A DNA stretch of 64,000 nt. It comes from an uncultured Verrucomicrobiae bacterium. Lineage in GTDB: Bacteria > Verrucomicrobiota > Verrucomicrobiia > Limisphaerales > Palsa-1400. The position numbers and the translations under genes were made by a program. The notes beneath the pieces are model-generated. The model did no database searches. It was not told where the DNA came from and worked only from the letters and a program-made list of their open reading frames with translations. Positions 38,806 through 49,500 of this stretch are shown piece after piece (the stretch's first letter is position 1; every line of letters begins with the position of its first letter). The stretch spans positions 160,001 through 224,000 of the forward strand of contig CAVPOM010000018.1 of NCBI GenBank assembly GCA_963707025.1, in the 5' to 3' direction.

Positions 38806-40242
38806 ATGAGTTCCGAAAGCAAATCCTCTTTTTTCCGCCAAAGCGGCTGGATGGTGGTGTCCACCTTTCTGGGCGGCATCTTCATGGTCAGCGTCCAGAT
38901 GGCGGCCCAAAACAGCCGGGTGATGGAAACCGCCGATTCCAACACCTTCATTGCCCTGCTCGGCCTTTTAATCATTTTTGGCGGGGTGCCCTCCGCCGCC
39001 CTGCAAACCATTTTTGCCCAGCAGGCGGCCGCGGCCGTGAGCGATGAAAAGACGCGGGAGTTGACGGCGACTTTGCGCGCCCTTCTCCGGACTATATTTT
39101 GGTTCTGGTTTGTCATCGCCGGCTTGATCATGATTTTCGCCGGATCCGCGGCTTCGGCCTTGGGGGTCAATGATCCGGCGGCGTTGCGCATCGTCATGCT
39201 AGCCGTGCTGGCGGTGATCTGCCTGCCCACCTTCAAAGGGGTGTTGCAGGGCCTGCACCGCTTCGCTCCGCTGGGCTGGCTGCAGATCATGGAAGGCGTC
39301 CTCCGCCTGGCCATATTTTTTCTCTTCGTGATGTGGCTCAAGTGGCGGGCCGCGGGAGCTGCTTGGGCGGTCTGCATTGCCGCCTATCTCACGCTGGCCC
39401 TGGCCATCTGGCGGACCCGCGATGTCTGGCGCGCCAAAACCTCCGCCTCCTTTTCCTGGAAGCCCTGGCTGATCCGGGGCGCGCCCCTGACCCTGGCCAT
39501 GGGCACCTATGTTTGCATGTCCAGCCTGGATCGTGTCTTCACCAAGAGCCTCTTTTTTGATCCGTTCCCAGTCAAGTTGTACTATAACGCCATGCTGATC
39601 GGCTATGCCCTCGGCCAGTTCATCTCCCCAATCAGCTTGGTGATGTTTCCCACCATTGTCCGGAACCTGGCCCTGTCCAAAAAGACCGACGCCTTGCTCC
39701 TGACCCTGGCCGCGACCAGCATTTTTGGATGTCTGGCCGCGGTGGGATGCACTTTGTTTCCGCGACTGCCTCTGGCCGTTCTCCATTTCCGGCTGGAGGC
39801 CGCTCCCTTGGTCCCCTGGTTTGCGTGGTCGCTCCTGCCCCTCACCCTGGCCTATGTCCTCATGCTGAATTTGATGGCGCGGGGACGCTATTACGCCGCG
39901 CAGTGGCTCATTTTGGTTCCCGTGTTTTACGCTCTGGCGCTCCTGCTGCTCTCGCCGCTGATGGTGAAGATGGCCGACCTCACCGCCCTGGCGCGGGGAA
40001 TGACCGATCCCAAGGAATTGCTCCAGATGCAGATTATGGCGGACCTCCCTGCCATGACGCGGGTGATCCAAACTCTGGGCTGTTCCAACCTGGCCTTGTT
40101 CGGCGTGGCGGCCTGGTTCACCTGGCGCAAGCCGGCTGAACGCAGTTTCGGATCCGGGTTCGGCGGGGGCGCGTGGAGTTTCCGATACAGCCAGTTTTCC
40201 ACCGGGGCGAAAAGTTTCCGCAGCGGATTGAGCCGCGAATAA
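38806..40242 (+). CDS. Polysaccharide flippase-like (Wzx/MOP) membrane protein
   Basis: FFRQSGWM N-terminus, GVLQGLHRF, about 12-13 TM; 3' end overlaps the convergent gene. Confidence 0.7.
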   Translation: MSSESKSSFFRQSGWMVVSTFLGGIFMVSVQMAAQNSRVMETADSNTFIALLGLLIIFGGVPSAALQTIFAQQAAAAVSDEKTRELTATLRALLRTIFWFWFVIAGLIMIFAGSAASALGVNDPAALRIVMLAVLAVICLPTFKGVLQGLHRFAPLGWLQIMEGVLRLAIFFLFVMWLKWRAAGAAWAVCIAAYLTLALAIWRTRDVWRAKTSASFSWKPWLIRGAPLTLAMGTYVCMSSLDRVFTKSLFFDPFPVKLYYNAMLIGYALGQFISPISLVMFPTIVRNLALSKKTDALLLTLAATSIFGCLAAVGCTLFPRLPLAVLHFRLEAAPLVPWFAWSLLPLTLAYVLMLNLMARGRYYAAQWLILVPVFYALALLLLSPLMVKMADLTALARGMTDPKELLQMQIMADLPAMTRVIQTLGCSNLALFGVAAWFTWRKPAERSFGSGFGGGAWSFRYSQFSTGAKSFRSGLSRE

Positions 40243-40955
40243 ATCCAGCGCAGGCGGATGACCGACAGCAGCATGGTCAGCGAAGTCCGGCCCAGCGCCA
40301 CCTTGGAGCCCACCTTGTCGGTCCACTCCGTCGGCACTTCCAAAACGCGCCAACCCTCCCGCTTGAGCAAGTAAAGAAGATTGATGTCAAAGGCCATGTC
40401 GGCAATGCAGAGGAAGGGATGGATTTTTTCCACGGCGGCGCGCCGCATCACTTTGGCGCCGCATTGGGTGTCCCGGATGTTCATGCCGAAAAAAAACTGC
40501 ACGATGCCGTGAAAAACCCGGCTGGCAAATCGCCGCCGCCCCGCCTGCATCTGGTGCAGCACCGCCCCCGGCAGCCAGCGCGAGCCAATCACGCAATCCG
40601 CCTCGGGCATGTGCCGGATCAGGTCCAGAAACGCCGACGGGGCCGTGGCCCCGTCGGCATCCACGTAGCCGATCAAATCGGCGCGCGGCGCCAGGCGCAG
40701 CCCCTCGATCAGTGCCCCGCCCTTGCCAATGGGCGCGGGAAATTCCAGGGCGCTGACTTCGGGAAATTCCGCCGCCACCCGCTGCACCACGTCCGGGGTA
40801 TTGTCCCGGCAACCGTTGAGCACCACCACCAGTTGGAACTTGCCCTGGTAATTCCGCCGGAAAAACTCGGCGTAGCTGCGCAACACCGGTTCGATCCGAT
40901 CCTCCTCGTTGTAAGCAGGTATCAGCAACAACACACTGGGATGGACCTCGGCCAC
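39927..40955 (-). CDS. GT2 glycosyltransferase (polyprenol-phosphate glycosyltransferase-like)
   Basis: IPAYNEE, GKGGAL, YVDADG, IGSR, DTQCGAK. Confidence 0.9.
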   Translation of the reverse strand: MAEVHPSVLLLIPAYNEEDRIEPVLRSYAEFFRRNYQGKFQLVVVLNGCRDNTPDVVQRVAAEFPEVSALEFPAPIGKGGALIEGLRLAPRADLIGYVDADGATAPSAFLDLIRHMPEADCVIGSRWLPGAVLHQMQAGRRRFASRVFHGIVQFFFGMNIRDTQCGAKVMRRAAVEKIHPFLCIADMAFDINLLYLLKREGWRVLEVPTEWTDKVGSKVALGRTSLTMLLSVIRLRWIYSRLNPLRKLFAPVENWLYRKLHAPPPNPDPKLRSAGLRQVNQAATPNKARLEQPRVWITRVMAGRSAIICIWSNSLGSVIPRARAVRSAIFTISGESSRSARA

Positions 40956-41014
40956 AGGCGGAGTGTTTACCCAAACCGTCCCGCCATGTCGAGGGGAGAG
41001 TTGGAAGGGATCTG

Positions 41015-41092
41015 TCCTAATCTTAATCCTAATCTTAATCTTAATCTCTGAGGACTGATGACGGAGATTAGGATTAAGATTATGATTAAGAT
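41015..41092. repeat. (TAATCY)n hexamer-repeat palindrome, copy 4
   Basis: Arms about 41015-41048 and 41064-41092, between divergent genes. Confidence 0.85.
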
Positions 41093-41147
41093 GGAAACCC
41101 CGCCCTTTGCCGCTTGCCAGCAGCGGGTGGACGTTTAACCTTCCCCC

Positions 41148-41939
41148 GTGAACCTTCTTTTCATTGGCGACATCGTGGGTGAACCGGGGCGGCGCGCCGT
41201 CAAACAGCTTTTGCCCAAATTACGCGCGGATCTCCGGCTGGACATGGTGGTGGCCAATGGCGAAAACGCCGCCGGCGGCGCGGGCATCACCGTCAACACG
41301 GCCAACGAAATTTTCGGCGCCGGGGTGGACATCATGACCACCGGCGACCATCTTTGGGACCAAAAGGAAGCGGCCATTCTGCTGCAAACCGAACCGCGTT
41401 TTTTGCGCCCGCTCAATTATCCGCCCGGCGTCATGGGCCAGGGCAGCACGATCTGGCATTCGGAAAAACTCCCCCCGGTCGCCGTGCTCAACTTGCAGGG
41501 CCGCACCTTCATGCCCCCGCTGGACAATCCCTTTCTCTGCGGCAAGACCGAGGCGGAACATCTGCGCAAAATCACCAGGATTATTTTCGTGGACATGCAC
41601 GCCGAGGCGACCTCGGAAAAAATCGCCCTGGCCCGCATGCTCGACGGGCGCGTCAGCGCCGTGGTCGGAACCCACACCCATGTGCAAACCGCCGACGAAC
41701 AGATCTTTCCCGGCGGCACCGCCTATCTGAGCGACGCCGGTTTCACAGGCCCGCACGACAGCGTCCTGGGCCGCGAAATCGAGCCGGTCATCGAACGGTT
41801 CCGCGCCAACACCCCGCAAAAGTTCGACGTGGCCAAAGGCCGCATTCTTTTGCAAGGCGCCTTGATTGAAATTGACGCGGCCACCGGCCGGGCCTTGGGC
41901 ATCCGCCGCATTTCCGAGCCGCTCCCTGAAGATGCCTAA
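41148..41939 (+). CDS. ymdB: YmdB/TIGR00282-family metallophosphoesterase
   Basis: FIGDIVGEPGR, ANGEN, DMHAEATSEK, GTHTHVQTAD. Confidence 0.92.
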   Translation: MNLLFIGDIVGEPGRRAVKQLLPKLRADLRLDMVVANGENAAGGAGITVNTANEIFGAGVDIMTTGDHLWDQKEAAILLQTEPRFLRPLNYPPGVMGQGSTIWHSEKLPPVAVLNLQGRTFMPPLDNPFLCGKTEAEHLRKITRIIFVDMHAEATSEKIALARMLDGRVSAVVGTHTHVQTADEQIFPGGTAYLSDAGFTGPHDSVLGREIEPVIERFRANTPQKFDVAKGRILLQGALIEIDAATGRALGIRRISEPLPEDA

Positions 41940-43332
41940 GCAAACCTCACAATGGGATTTTGGCGGGGAACTTTTTCCGCCCGAGGCGACGCGGCGCGTT
42001 TTCTCCGTGAGCGAGTTGACGGCCGGCATCCGCCGCGCGCTGGAAAAACAAGTCGGCCAGATTTGGGTCATGGGCGAAATCACCAATTTCCGCCAGCAAA
42101 TGTCCGGCCACATTTATTTCACCCTCAAAGACGCCGGCGCGCAGTTGAGCTGCGTTCTTTTTCGCGGCGACGCGGTGGCCAATCGGGGCGCGCTGGCCGA
42201 CGGGCGCAAGGTGATTCTCAAGGGCGACATCACCGTCTATGAGCCGCGCGGACAATACCAATTGCAGGTGCTGGCCGTGGAACTGCAAGGCGTCGGCGCG
42301 CTCCAGGCCGCCTTTGAAAAATTGAAGGAGAAGCTCGGCGCGGAAGGGCTTTTTGCCCCGGAACGAAAGCGTCCCCTGCCGCGCTTTCCGCAACGCATCG
42401 GCCTGGTCACCTCCCCCACCGGCGCGGCCCTGCGCGATGTTTGCCATGTGATGCAACGCCGCAATCCGACGGTGCAGATCATTTTGGCCCCATGCGCCGT
42501 GCAGGGCGCGGGCGCGGCGGAAGAAATCGCGTCGGCCATCGGCCTGCTCAACGAGTGGTCGCAAAAATCCCCCGGCGCGGTGGACTTGATTCTGGTCACG
42601 CGCGGCGGCGGCAGCCTGGAAGATCTTTGGGCCTTCAACGAGGAAGCGGTGGCCCGCGCCATTTTCCATTCCGCCCTGCCGGTGGTGTCGGCGGTCGGCC
42701 ACGAAATTGATTTCACCATCAGCGATTTCGTGGCCGACTTGCGCGCCGCCACGCCGAGCGCGGCGGCGGAGATTTTGACCGAGGGCGTTTTTGCGGGCGC
42801 GCGCTGGGTGGCGCAAGTTCCGGCGCAACTGGGCGAAAAGGTGAGACGCCGCCTGCTGGGCGAGCGCCGCCACTTTGAGCAATTGACCCGCCGCCTGCAA
42901 ACCGTCCATCCGCGCCGCCAATTGGATCAGCGCCGCCAGCAAGCGGACGAATTGCAACTGGCCGTATCGCGCGGCGCGCGGCGTCAACTGCAAAAACTGC
43001 GCCAGGCCTGGCAAACCCGGCGCGAGCGGCTGGCCCGCGTCCGTCCCAGCCGGATGCTGGCCCTCCGCCGTGAGTCGCTTGACCGCCAGCAACACCGCCT
43101 GCGCGAGGAGACGCGCCGGTGTCTGCAAAATTTGCGCCAGCGCGCCGCGTCGCTCACCGCCCGCCTGCGGTTGCTCGGCCCGGAGCAGGTGCTGGCCCGC
43201 GGCTACTCCATCACCCTGGACGCCGCCAGCGGCCGCGTCCTCCGCGCCGCCGCCGAAACCGCTCCCGGCCAAAAGTTGGCCACGCGTTTGAAAAAGGGCG
43301 TAGTGAACAGCACCGTGACTGGACAATCTTAG
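41932..43332 (+). CDS. xseA: Exodeoxyribonuclease VII large subunit
   Basis: SGHIYFTLKD, VTSPTGAALRD, RGGGSLEDLWAFNEE, SAVGHEID, LARGYS. Confidence 0.96.
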   Translation: MPKQTSQWDFGGELFPPEATRRVFSVSELTAGIRRALEKQVGQIWVMGEITNFRQQMSGHIYFTLKDAGAQLSCVLFRGDAVANRGALADGRKVILKGDITVYEPRGQYQLQVLAVELQGVGALQAAFEKLKEKLGAEGLFAPERKRPLPRFPQRIGLVTSPTGAALRDVCHVMQRRNPTVQIILAPCAVQGAGAAEEIASAIGLLNEWSQKSPGAVDLILVTRGGGSLEDLWAFNEEAVARAIFHSALPVVSAVGHEIDFTISDFVADLRAATPSAAAEILTEGVFAGARWVAQVPAQLGEKVRRRLLGERRHFEQLTRRLQTVHPRRQLDQRRQQADELQLAVSRGARRQLQKLRQAWQTRRERLARVRPSRMLALRRESLDRQQHRLREETRRCLQNLRQRAASLTARLRLLGPEQVLARGYSITLDAASGRVLRAAAETAPGQKLATRLKKGVVNSTVTGQS

Positions 43333-43354
43333 AGCTTATCCGTAACCGAGTTGC

Positions 43355-43424
43355 TGTAGCGGCGGTCTATGAGCGCCGCAATGAAAAACCGCGAAAGATG
43401 CGGCGGTCATGGAGCGCCGCCACA
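43355..43424. repeat. REPIN-like inverted REP pair (same family as 14615-14814)
   Basis: TGTAGCGGCGGTCTATGAGCGCCGC ... GCGGCGGTCATGGAGCGCCGCCACA between convergent genes. Confidence 0.7.
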
Positions 43425-43443
43425 ATCGCCAGATAATCAAAAC

Positions 43444-43815
43444 TCACTCCGTACCGGCCACTATTGTTGTAGTGGCCACAAACCGATGGCCGATTTGGTC
43501 CACCATCACGCCAAAACCTTCCAAAGTTCTCACGCCGAGCAAAGTCATGTCGCCGGGTTCCGCAAAGACCACTTCATCGTTGGTTTCGTAGCCCTCGGCG
43601 CTCAGGATGGCGTAGCCAACTTCCCGCTCGACCTTCTGCTGCGTGGCCATGGCAATTATCCGCTTCCGGCGCGGCGTGATGCCGGCCCCTTTCAAAACCT
43701 CTCCTGGAAGCCAGGTGAGTTCTGAGCCGCTGTCCACCACAGCCTCCAACGGCTTGGTGGCCAGTTCCTCGCGCTTGGGATTGCGGGCGATGACATTGAC
43801 TTTGAACATGCTCAT
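43444..43815 (-). CDS. Clan AA (retropepsin-like) aspartic protease
   Basis: AVVDSGSE catalytic motif and LLGVRTLEGFG; 123 aa. Confidence 0.82.
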   Translation of the reverse strand: MSMFKVNVIARNPKREELATKPLEAVVDSGSELTWLPGEVLKGAGITPRRKRIIAMATQQKVEREVGYAILSAEGYETNDEVVFAEPGDMTLLGVRTLEGFGVMVDQIGHRFVATTTIVAGTE

Positions 43816-43952
43816 GGTTGTAAGACTATCCCATTTGCCCTTCCTGGCAAGCCGGGAAGACCATCCCGCCGATCAGCCGAAAGTTGGTTTTTGCGGTGGC
43901 GACGAAATAATTAAAACTGTTTTTCCGGGGAAATTCGTGCTTTGTTGAGGGC

Positions 43953-44573
43953 ATGACGTTGCCGTCACGATTTGGAAAATCGCCCCGCGCCGCCCCCGGT
44001 TTTTCCCTGGTCGAACTCCTCTGCGTGCTGGTCATCCTCATTATCCTGGCCACCATGTTGGACAGCCGTTTGGCCGGCTCCCGCCGCCGCACTGCCCAGG
44101 AATTGTGCCGCAAGAATCTACAGACCATTTATCTCGCCATGACCCTCTACGCCGAGGACAATCATGGCACCTTTCCCTTCCTGAAAGAGGCCGCCGTTTC
44201 AGCGGGGCCCCTCAGCCTGCTCGTGCCCCGCGGCACCACCGAAACCGCCATCTTCATCTGCCCGGGCAGCCGCGACAAGGCGCTGCCCGAAGGCGAACCC
44301 TTCGCCCAGCGCCGCATCAGTTACGCCTATTACATGGGCCGCTCCACCAACCGCAGCGCCAACGTCATGCTGTCGGACTGGCAGGTCAACAACCTGCCCA
44401 AAAGCAAAGGCCAGCCGCTCTTCTCCCCCGACGGCAAAAAGCCGGCCAACAACCACGACAAGGACGGCGGCAATCTTCTTCTTGGCAGCGGCGAGGCCAT
44501 CAGTTCCGGCACCAATGCGCCGCAGGACCTGCCCGTTCCGCCCGGCATCACCCTCTTGAATCCCCTGCCATGA
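43953..44573 (+). CDS. Prepilin-type N-terminal cleavage/methylation domain protein
   Basis: GFSLVELLCVLVILIILATML, FICPG, C-terminal NHDKDGGNLLLGSG. Confidence 0.85.
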   Translation: MTLPSRFGKSPRAAPGFSLVELLCVLVILIILATMLDSRLAGSRRRTAQELCRKNLQTIYLAMTLYAEDNHGTFPFLKEAAVSAGPLSLLVPRGTTETAIFICPGSRDKALPEGEPFAQRRISYAYYMGRSTNRSANVMLSDWQVNNLPKSKGQPLFSPDGKKPANNHDKDGGNLLLGSGEAISSGTNAPQDLPVPPGITLLNPLP

Positions 44574-46471
44574 ACGTTAAGATACAATGCTCTTGCGGGA
44601 CCCGTTACTCATTCGAGGTTGAGCCGCTGGACGGCCGCATGCCCTGGACGGTGCAGTGCCCGGCCTGCCACGCCGACGGCACCGGGGCCGCCAACCAGAT
44701 CATCTCCGCTTCCGCGCCGCCAGCGCCGGCCCCGCGCCTGCGCCTCCACGAGACACCTTCCGAAAACCTGCCGCCCGCCGCACCGCGCTCGGAACCGCCT
44801 GCCGCGCCAAAACTCGATCTCGCCGCGTTCAAAGCCCAAAAGCGCCATGCCGAAGAACACGCCTATCGCAAAGGCGCGCGGCTCATGGCCGGCCTGGCCG
44901 CCCTCCTGGCCGCCGGCTTGGGCGGGTGGGCCTGGTATTCCTTCGCCGGCTCCAAACCGCATCTGGCCACCACGCTCAAACTGCCCGGCGACGCGCCCGC
45001 TCAGATCCAGTTCCTCGGACCCGGCAAGATTCTCATTGCCACCGCCAATGAAGCCAGCGTGCGCGATCTCTCCCTGGAGAAAGTCCTTTGGTCCGCCAAG
45101 CTGTCCGACGCCGCCTCCCCCATGGGCGCGCCGCCGGTTTTTGCCGACCATGACAAACTCTGGATTTGCCTGGGAGATCAGGTCAAATGTTTGGACGCAG
45201 CGACCGGGATAATTCAACAAACCATTCCCATCACCGGTCAGTTCGTCAGTTTCACCCCGGCCGGCCCCAGCCTCCTCGTGGTCTCCGCCCCGGATGAGAC
45301 ACGGCGCATCGCCCTCCACATCGAGCTGGCCACCGGCGCGGTTTCCAGCCAGGAAATCACCGTCCCGCGCAAGGAAAAGCAGACCCTGCCCAACGATCTT
45401 CCGCCCAACGTCCTGCCCACCGCCGCCGTCTTGACGGCCCAAATTCTGGAGGAGCAAAAATTCAACAAACCGCTCGACGCCATGAGCAGCGAGTTTTTTG
45501 CGGCGGGAAAAAATCTTGTCGAACTGCGCGTCAAATTGCTCGAAGCCAAAGTCACCTACGTCCCTAGCATCAAGCCCCCCGGCGCGCCGCATCTCAACGG
45601 GCAAACCACCGCCGGGTCCAGCCCCGGCGTGATTGGCGAGGAAATTTTCAACGACCTCAAGCGCAGCCAGACCGGCGGGGTGCGTCCGGTGGATGAGAGC
45701 CGTTATGAAGTGCGCCTGCGCCGCTGGATCGAAGCGGAGCCGGTGGAATGGAAGGGCGAAGCCACCGGCGCGCCCTCCTTCTTTCCCCTCGCCAGCGTGG
45801 ACCTGTTGGTGGCGGGCCAGAGTCTGGCCGTTTTCGACAAGGAAAATCACAAGTTGTTTGACAGCCAGCTTAGTTACCCGGTGAGCGAGCGCTTCACCAC
45901 CGGCGACCTGGCCGGACACCTCATGCCCGCCGCCGATCGCGCCAACACACTTTACTTTTTTGACCAGGGCGTCCTCACCGCCTTTTCCCTCCCGGACGGC
46001 CAGGTGCGCTGGCGTCTGACCAGCTTTGGCATCAGCGCCATCCAATTCGACGACCAGGGCATGCTCTACGTGGATTCCACCGCCGCCGGCCCGGACGACA
46101 TCAAGTATGCCAACACCATCAGCTTTGAAAAAATCCCTTCCGTCCTGCTCAAGGTGGATGCGGCCTCCGGCAAAATCCTGTGGAAAGCCGAGCAACGCGG
46201 CGAACGCACCATAGTCTCCGGCAAGTTCCTTTACTGCGAGAGCGTGCAGCAAGGTGGCGCTGGCCTCGCCGCCGCCTTGAGCGACGCCCTCAACCAGCCG
46301 CCCGGCGAAGGCCCCGTCTATTTTCATCTTTACAGAATGGACCCCGCCACCGGCGAGGCCCTCTGGAGCCTTTACCGCGAGCAACGCCCCCGGAATTTGG
46401 TCATTGAGGGCAACCGCATCCTCCTCCGTTTCGGCAACGACCTCGAGTTGTTCAAATTCCTGGCCTTTTAG
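44570..46471 (+). CDS. Membrane-anchored PQQ-like beta-propeller protein with an N-terminal Zn-ribbon
   Basis: CxC...CxxC (CSCG, CPAC), one TM, repeated DxxTGxxxW blades; ATGA overlap. Confidence 0.7.
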   Translation: MNVKIQCSCGTRYSFEVEPLDGRMPWTVQCPACHADGTGAANQIISASAPPAPAPRLRLHETPSENLPPAAPRSEPPAAPKLDLAAFKAQKRHAEEHAYRKGARLMAGLAALLAAGLGGWAWYSFAGSKPHLATTLKLPGDAPAQIQFLGPGKILIATANEASVRDLSLEKVLWSAKLSDAASPMGAPPVFADHDKLWICLGDQVKCLDAATGIIQQTIPITGQFVSFTPAGPSLLVVSAPDETRRIALHIELATGAVSSQEITVPRKEKQTLPNDLPPNVLPTAAVLTAQILEEQKFNKPLDAMSSEFFAAGKNLVELRVKLLEAKVTYVPSIKPPGAPHLNGQTTAGSSPGVIGEEIFNDLKRSQTGGVRPVDESRYEVRLRRWIEAEPVEWKGEATGAPSFFPLASVDLLVAGQSLAVFDKENHKLFDSQLSYPVSERFTTGDLAGHLMPAADRANTLYFFDQGVLTAFSLPDGQVRWRLTSFGISAIQFDDQGMLYVDSTAAGPDDIKYANTISFEKIPSVLLKVDAASGKILWKAEQRGERTIVSGKFLYCESVQQGGAGLAAALSDALNQPPGEGPVYFHLYRMDPATGEALWSLYREQRPRNLVIEGNRILLRFGNDLELFKFLAF

Positions 46472-46580
46472 AGCGGTTTCACAAATACCGAGGCCGCGCC
46501 GGCGCGACCTCTCCCCGGAAGCGGGGATGAACCGGGCCGGGCGCCCCAGGCGCAAGGCTGCCTCCGGGTCGCGCAGGCAA

Positions 46581-49500
46581 TCACGGGCGGAGCTGGATGA
46601 GGAGGTCTTTGCTGGCGACGGTTTCGCCGACTTGGGCGAAGAGGGCCTGGACGGCGCCGTCGGAGCTGGCGTAGAGGGTGCTTTGCATTTTCATGGCTTC
46701 CAAGGTGAGGAGTTTGTCGCCTTTTTTCACCTTGCTGCCCACGCTGACGGCCAGGGCGGTGAGGAGGCCGGGAATGGGCGCGCCGATTTGCCAGGGGTCG
46801 GACGGGTCGGCCTTGGGACGGGTCCTGGCCTTGACCTGGGCGGTCTTGTCAAGTATGGAGGCCTCGCGGGTCATGCCGTTGAGTTCGAAGGTGACGATGC
46901 GGCGGCCATCCTTGTCCACCGCGCCCAGGTGGATGAGCTTGATGAAAAGGGTCTTGCCCGCCTCGATGTCCACGGAGATTTCCTCGCCGGGCTTGAGCCC
47001 GTAGAAAAAGGCGCTGGTGGGGAGGACGGCCAGGTCGCTGTAGTCGCGCTCGAATTTGGCGTATTCGGCGAAGACTTCGGGGTACATGAGATGGCTGTAG
47101 AGATCGTCCGGGGTGGCGTCGCGCTTGAGTTTGAGGGTGAGTTGGTCCTGGATTTTTTTGAGGTGGAGCGGCTTGAGCCTGGCGCCGGGACGGCCGCGAA
47201 TGGGTTGGCGGCGGCCGAGGACGACTTTTTGCAGGCGGCGGGGCCAGCCGCCCAGGGGCTGGCCGAGTTGGCCGCCGAGCATGTCAATAACAGAGGCGGG
47301 GAAGGGGACGCTGCCGGGCTCAAGATTGAGAAGGTCGGCGGGATTGATGCCCCGGCTGATGAGGAACATGGCCAGGTCGCCCACGACTTTGCTGCTGGGG
47401 GTGACTTTAACGATGTCGCCCAGAAGCTGGTTGACCTGGGCGTAGGTGCGGGCGATTTCGGGCCAGCGCTGGGCCAGGCCCATGCTGGCGGCTTGTTCTT
47501 TGAGGTTGGTGTATTGGCCGCCGGGCATTTCGTGGTCATAGACTTCGGCGCTGCCGCTGCGCGGGGCGGTGTCGAAGGGGGCGTAAGCCAGGCAAACTTT
47601 TTCCCAGTAATCGGAGAATTCGTTGAGGGCGGCCAGGTCCAGGCCGGTGTCGCGGGGGGTGTGGCGCAAGGCGGCGACCAGGGAGTTGAGGTTGGGCTGG
47701 CTGGTGGAACCGCTCATGGCGGCAATGGCCAGATCCACCACGTCCGCGCCCGCCTCGGCGGCTTTGAGGACGGAAGCGGCATTGACGCCGCTGGTGTCGT
47801 GAGTGTGGAAATGCAGGGGCAGGGCGATTTCCTCCTTGAGCGCCTTGACCAGGGTGTAGGCGGCATAGGGGCGGCACAAACCGGCCATGTCCTTGATGGC
47901 GAGGAAATGAGCGCCCATTTTTTCCAGTTGCCGGGCCAGCTTGACGTAGTATTTGAGGGAGTATTTGGCGCGGCGGGGATCATGGATGTCGCCGGTGTAG
48001 CAGATGGCGGCTTCGCAGATGGCGTGGGTTTGCCGGACCGCCTCGATGGCGACTTGGAGATTGGGGGTGTAGTTGAGGGAATCGAAGATGCGGAAGATAT
48101 CAATGCCGGAAGCCGCGGCATGTTTGACAAAGCCGGCGACGACGTTGTCGGGATAATTGGAATAGCCGACGGCGTTGGCGCCACGGAGCAGCATCTGGAA
48201 ACAGATGTTGGGGATTTTTTGGCGCAAGAGGCGGAGGCGGTCCCACGGGTCTTCGCGGAGGAAGCGCATGGCGGTGTCGAAGGTGGCGCCGCCCCACATT
48301 TCCAGGCTGAAGAGTTGCGGGGTGCGCCGGGCCAGGGCGTCGGCGATGGCGAGCATGTCGTAGGTGCGCAAGCGGGTGGCGAGGAGGGATTGGTGGGCGT
48401 CGCGGAAAGTGGTGTCGGTGACGAGGAGTCTTTTTTGGGCGAGGGTCCAGCGGGCGAAGCGGCGCGGCCCCAGTTGCAGGAGCAGTTGGCGGGTGCCGGG
48501 CGGGGGTGCTTGTTTGCGGTCGTGGGGCGGCGGAGTGACCGCAGGCAAGGGGGCCTGGAGGGACTGTCCCTTGGCCTGGGGGTTGCCGTTGACAATGACA
48601 TCGCCGAGGAAGGCGAGGAGTTTGGTGGCGCGGTCGCGGCGGGAGGCGAAGGCAAAGAGGCCGGGCGAGGTGTCAATCAGGTTGGTGGTGGCGCGACCGG
48701 AGCGGAATTCGGGGTGGGCGATGACGTTTTCGAGGAAGGGAATGTTAGTCTTGACGCCGCGGATGCGAAATTCGCGCAGGGCGCGGTCCATGCGCACCAA
48801 GGCGAGGTCGAAATCGCGCCCGAAGGCGGTGATCTTGACGAGGAGGGAATCGTAAAAGGGGGTGATGACCGCGCCGGCATAGCCCATGCCGCCGTCCAGG
48901 CGCACGCCATAGCCGCCGGTGGAGCGGTAGGTGAGGATCTTGCCGTAGTCAGGGGTGAATTTATTTTCCGGATCCTCGGTGGTGACGCGGCATTGCACGG
49001 CATAGCCGTGGCGGGGAATGTCGCGGCCGGGCGGCAGGTTGATTTCGGGGCTGTGGAGGGAGAGGCCCTGGGCGACGAGGATTTGCGAACGAACCAGGTC
49101 CACCCCGGTGACAACTTCGGTGACGGTGTGCTCGACCTGGATGCGTGGGTTGACTTCGATGAAGAACCATTGGCGGCGGTCGAGGTCATAGAGGAATTCG
49201 ACGGTGCCGGCATTGTCATACTGGACCGCGCGGCCCAGGCGGACGGCGGCCTGGCACAAGTCGCGCCGGACGGAATCGTCCAGGGCGAAGGCGGGGGCGA
49301 TTTCGATGACTTTCTGGTGGCGGCGCTGGACCGAACAATCCCGTTCGTGGAGGTGGACGACGTTGCCGTAGTGGTCGCCGAGAATCTGCACCTCGATGTG
49401 TTTGGCGCGGGGGATGTATTTTTCCAGGAAGACGGCGGGGTTGCCGAAGGCGCGGCCGGCTTCGTCGCGGGCTTCATCGAGGAGGCGGGCGAGGTCGGCG

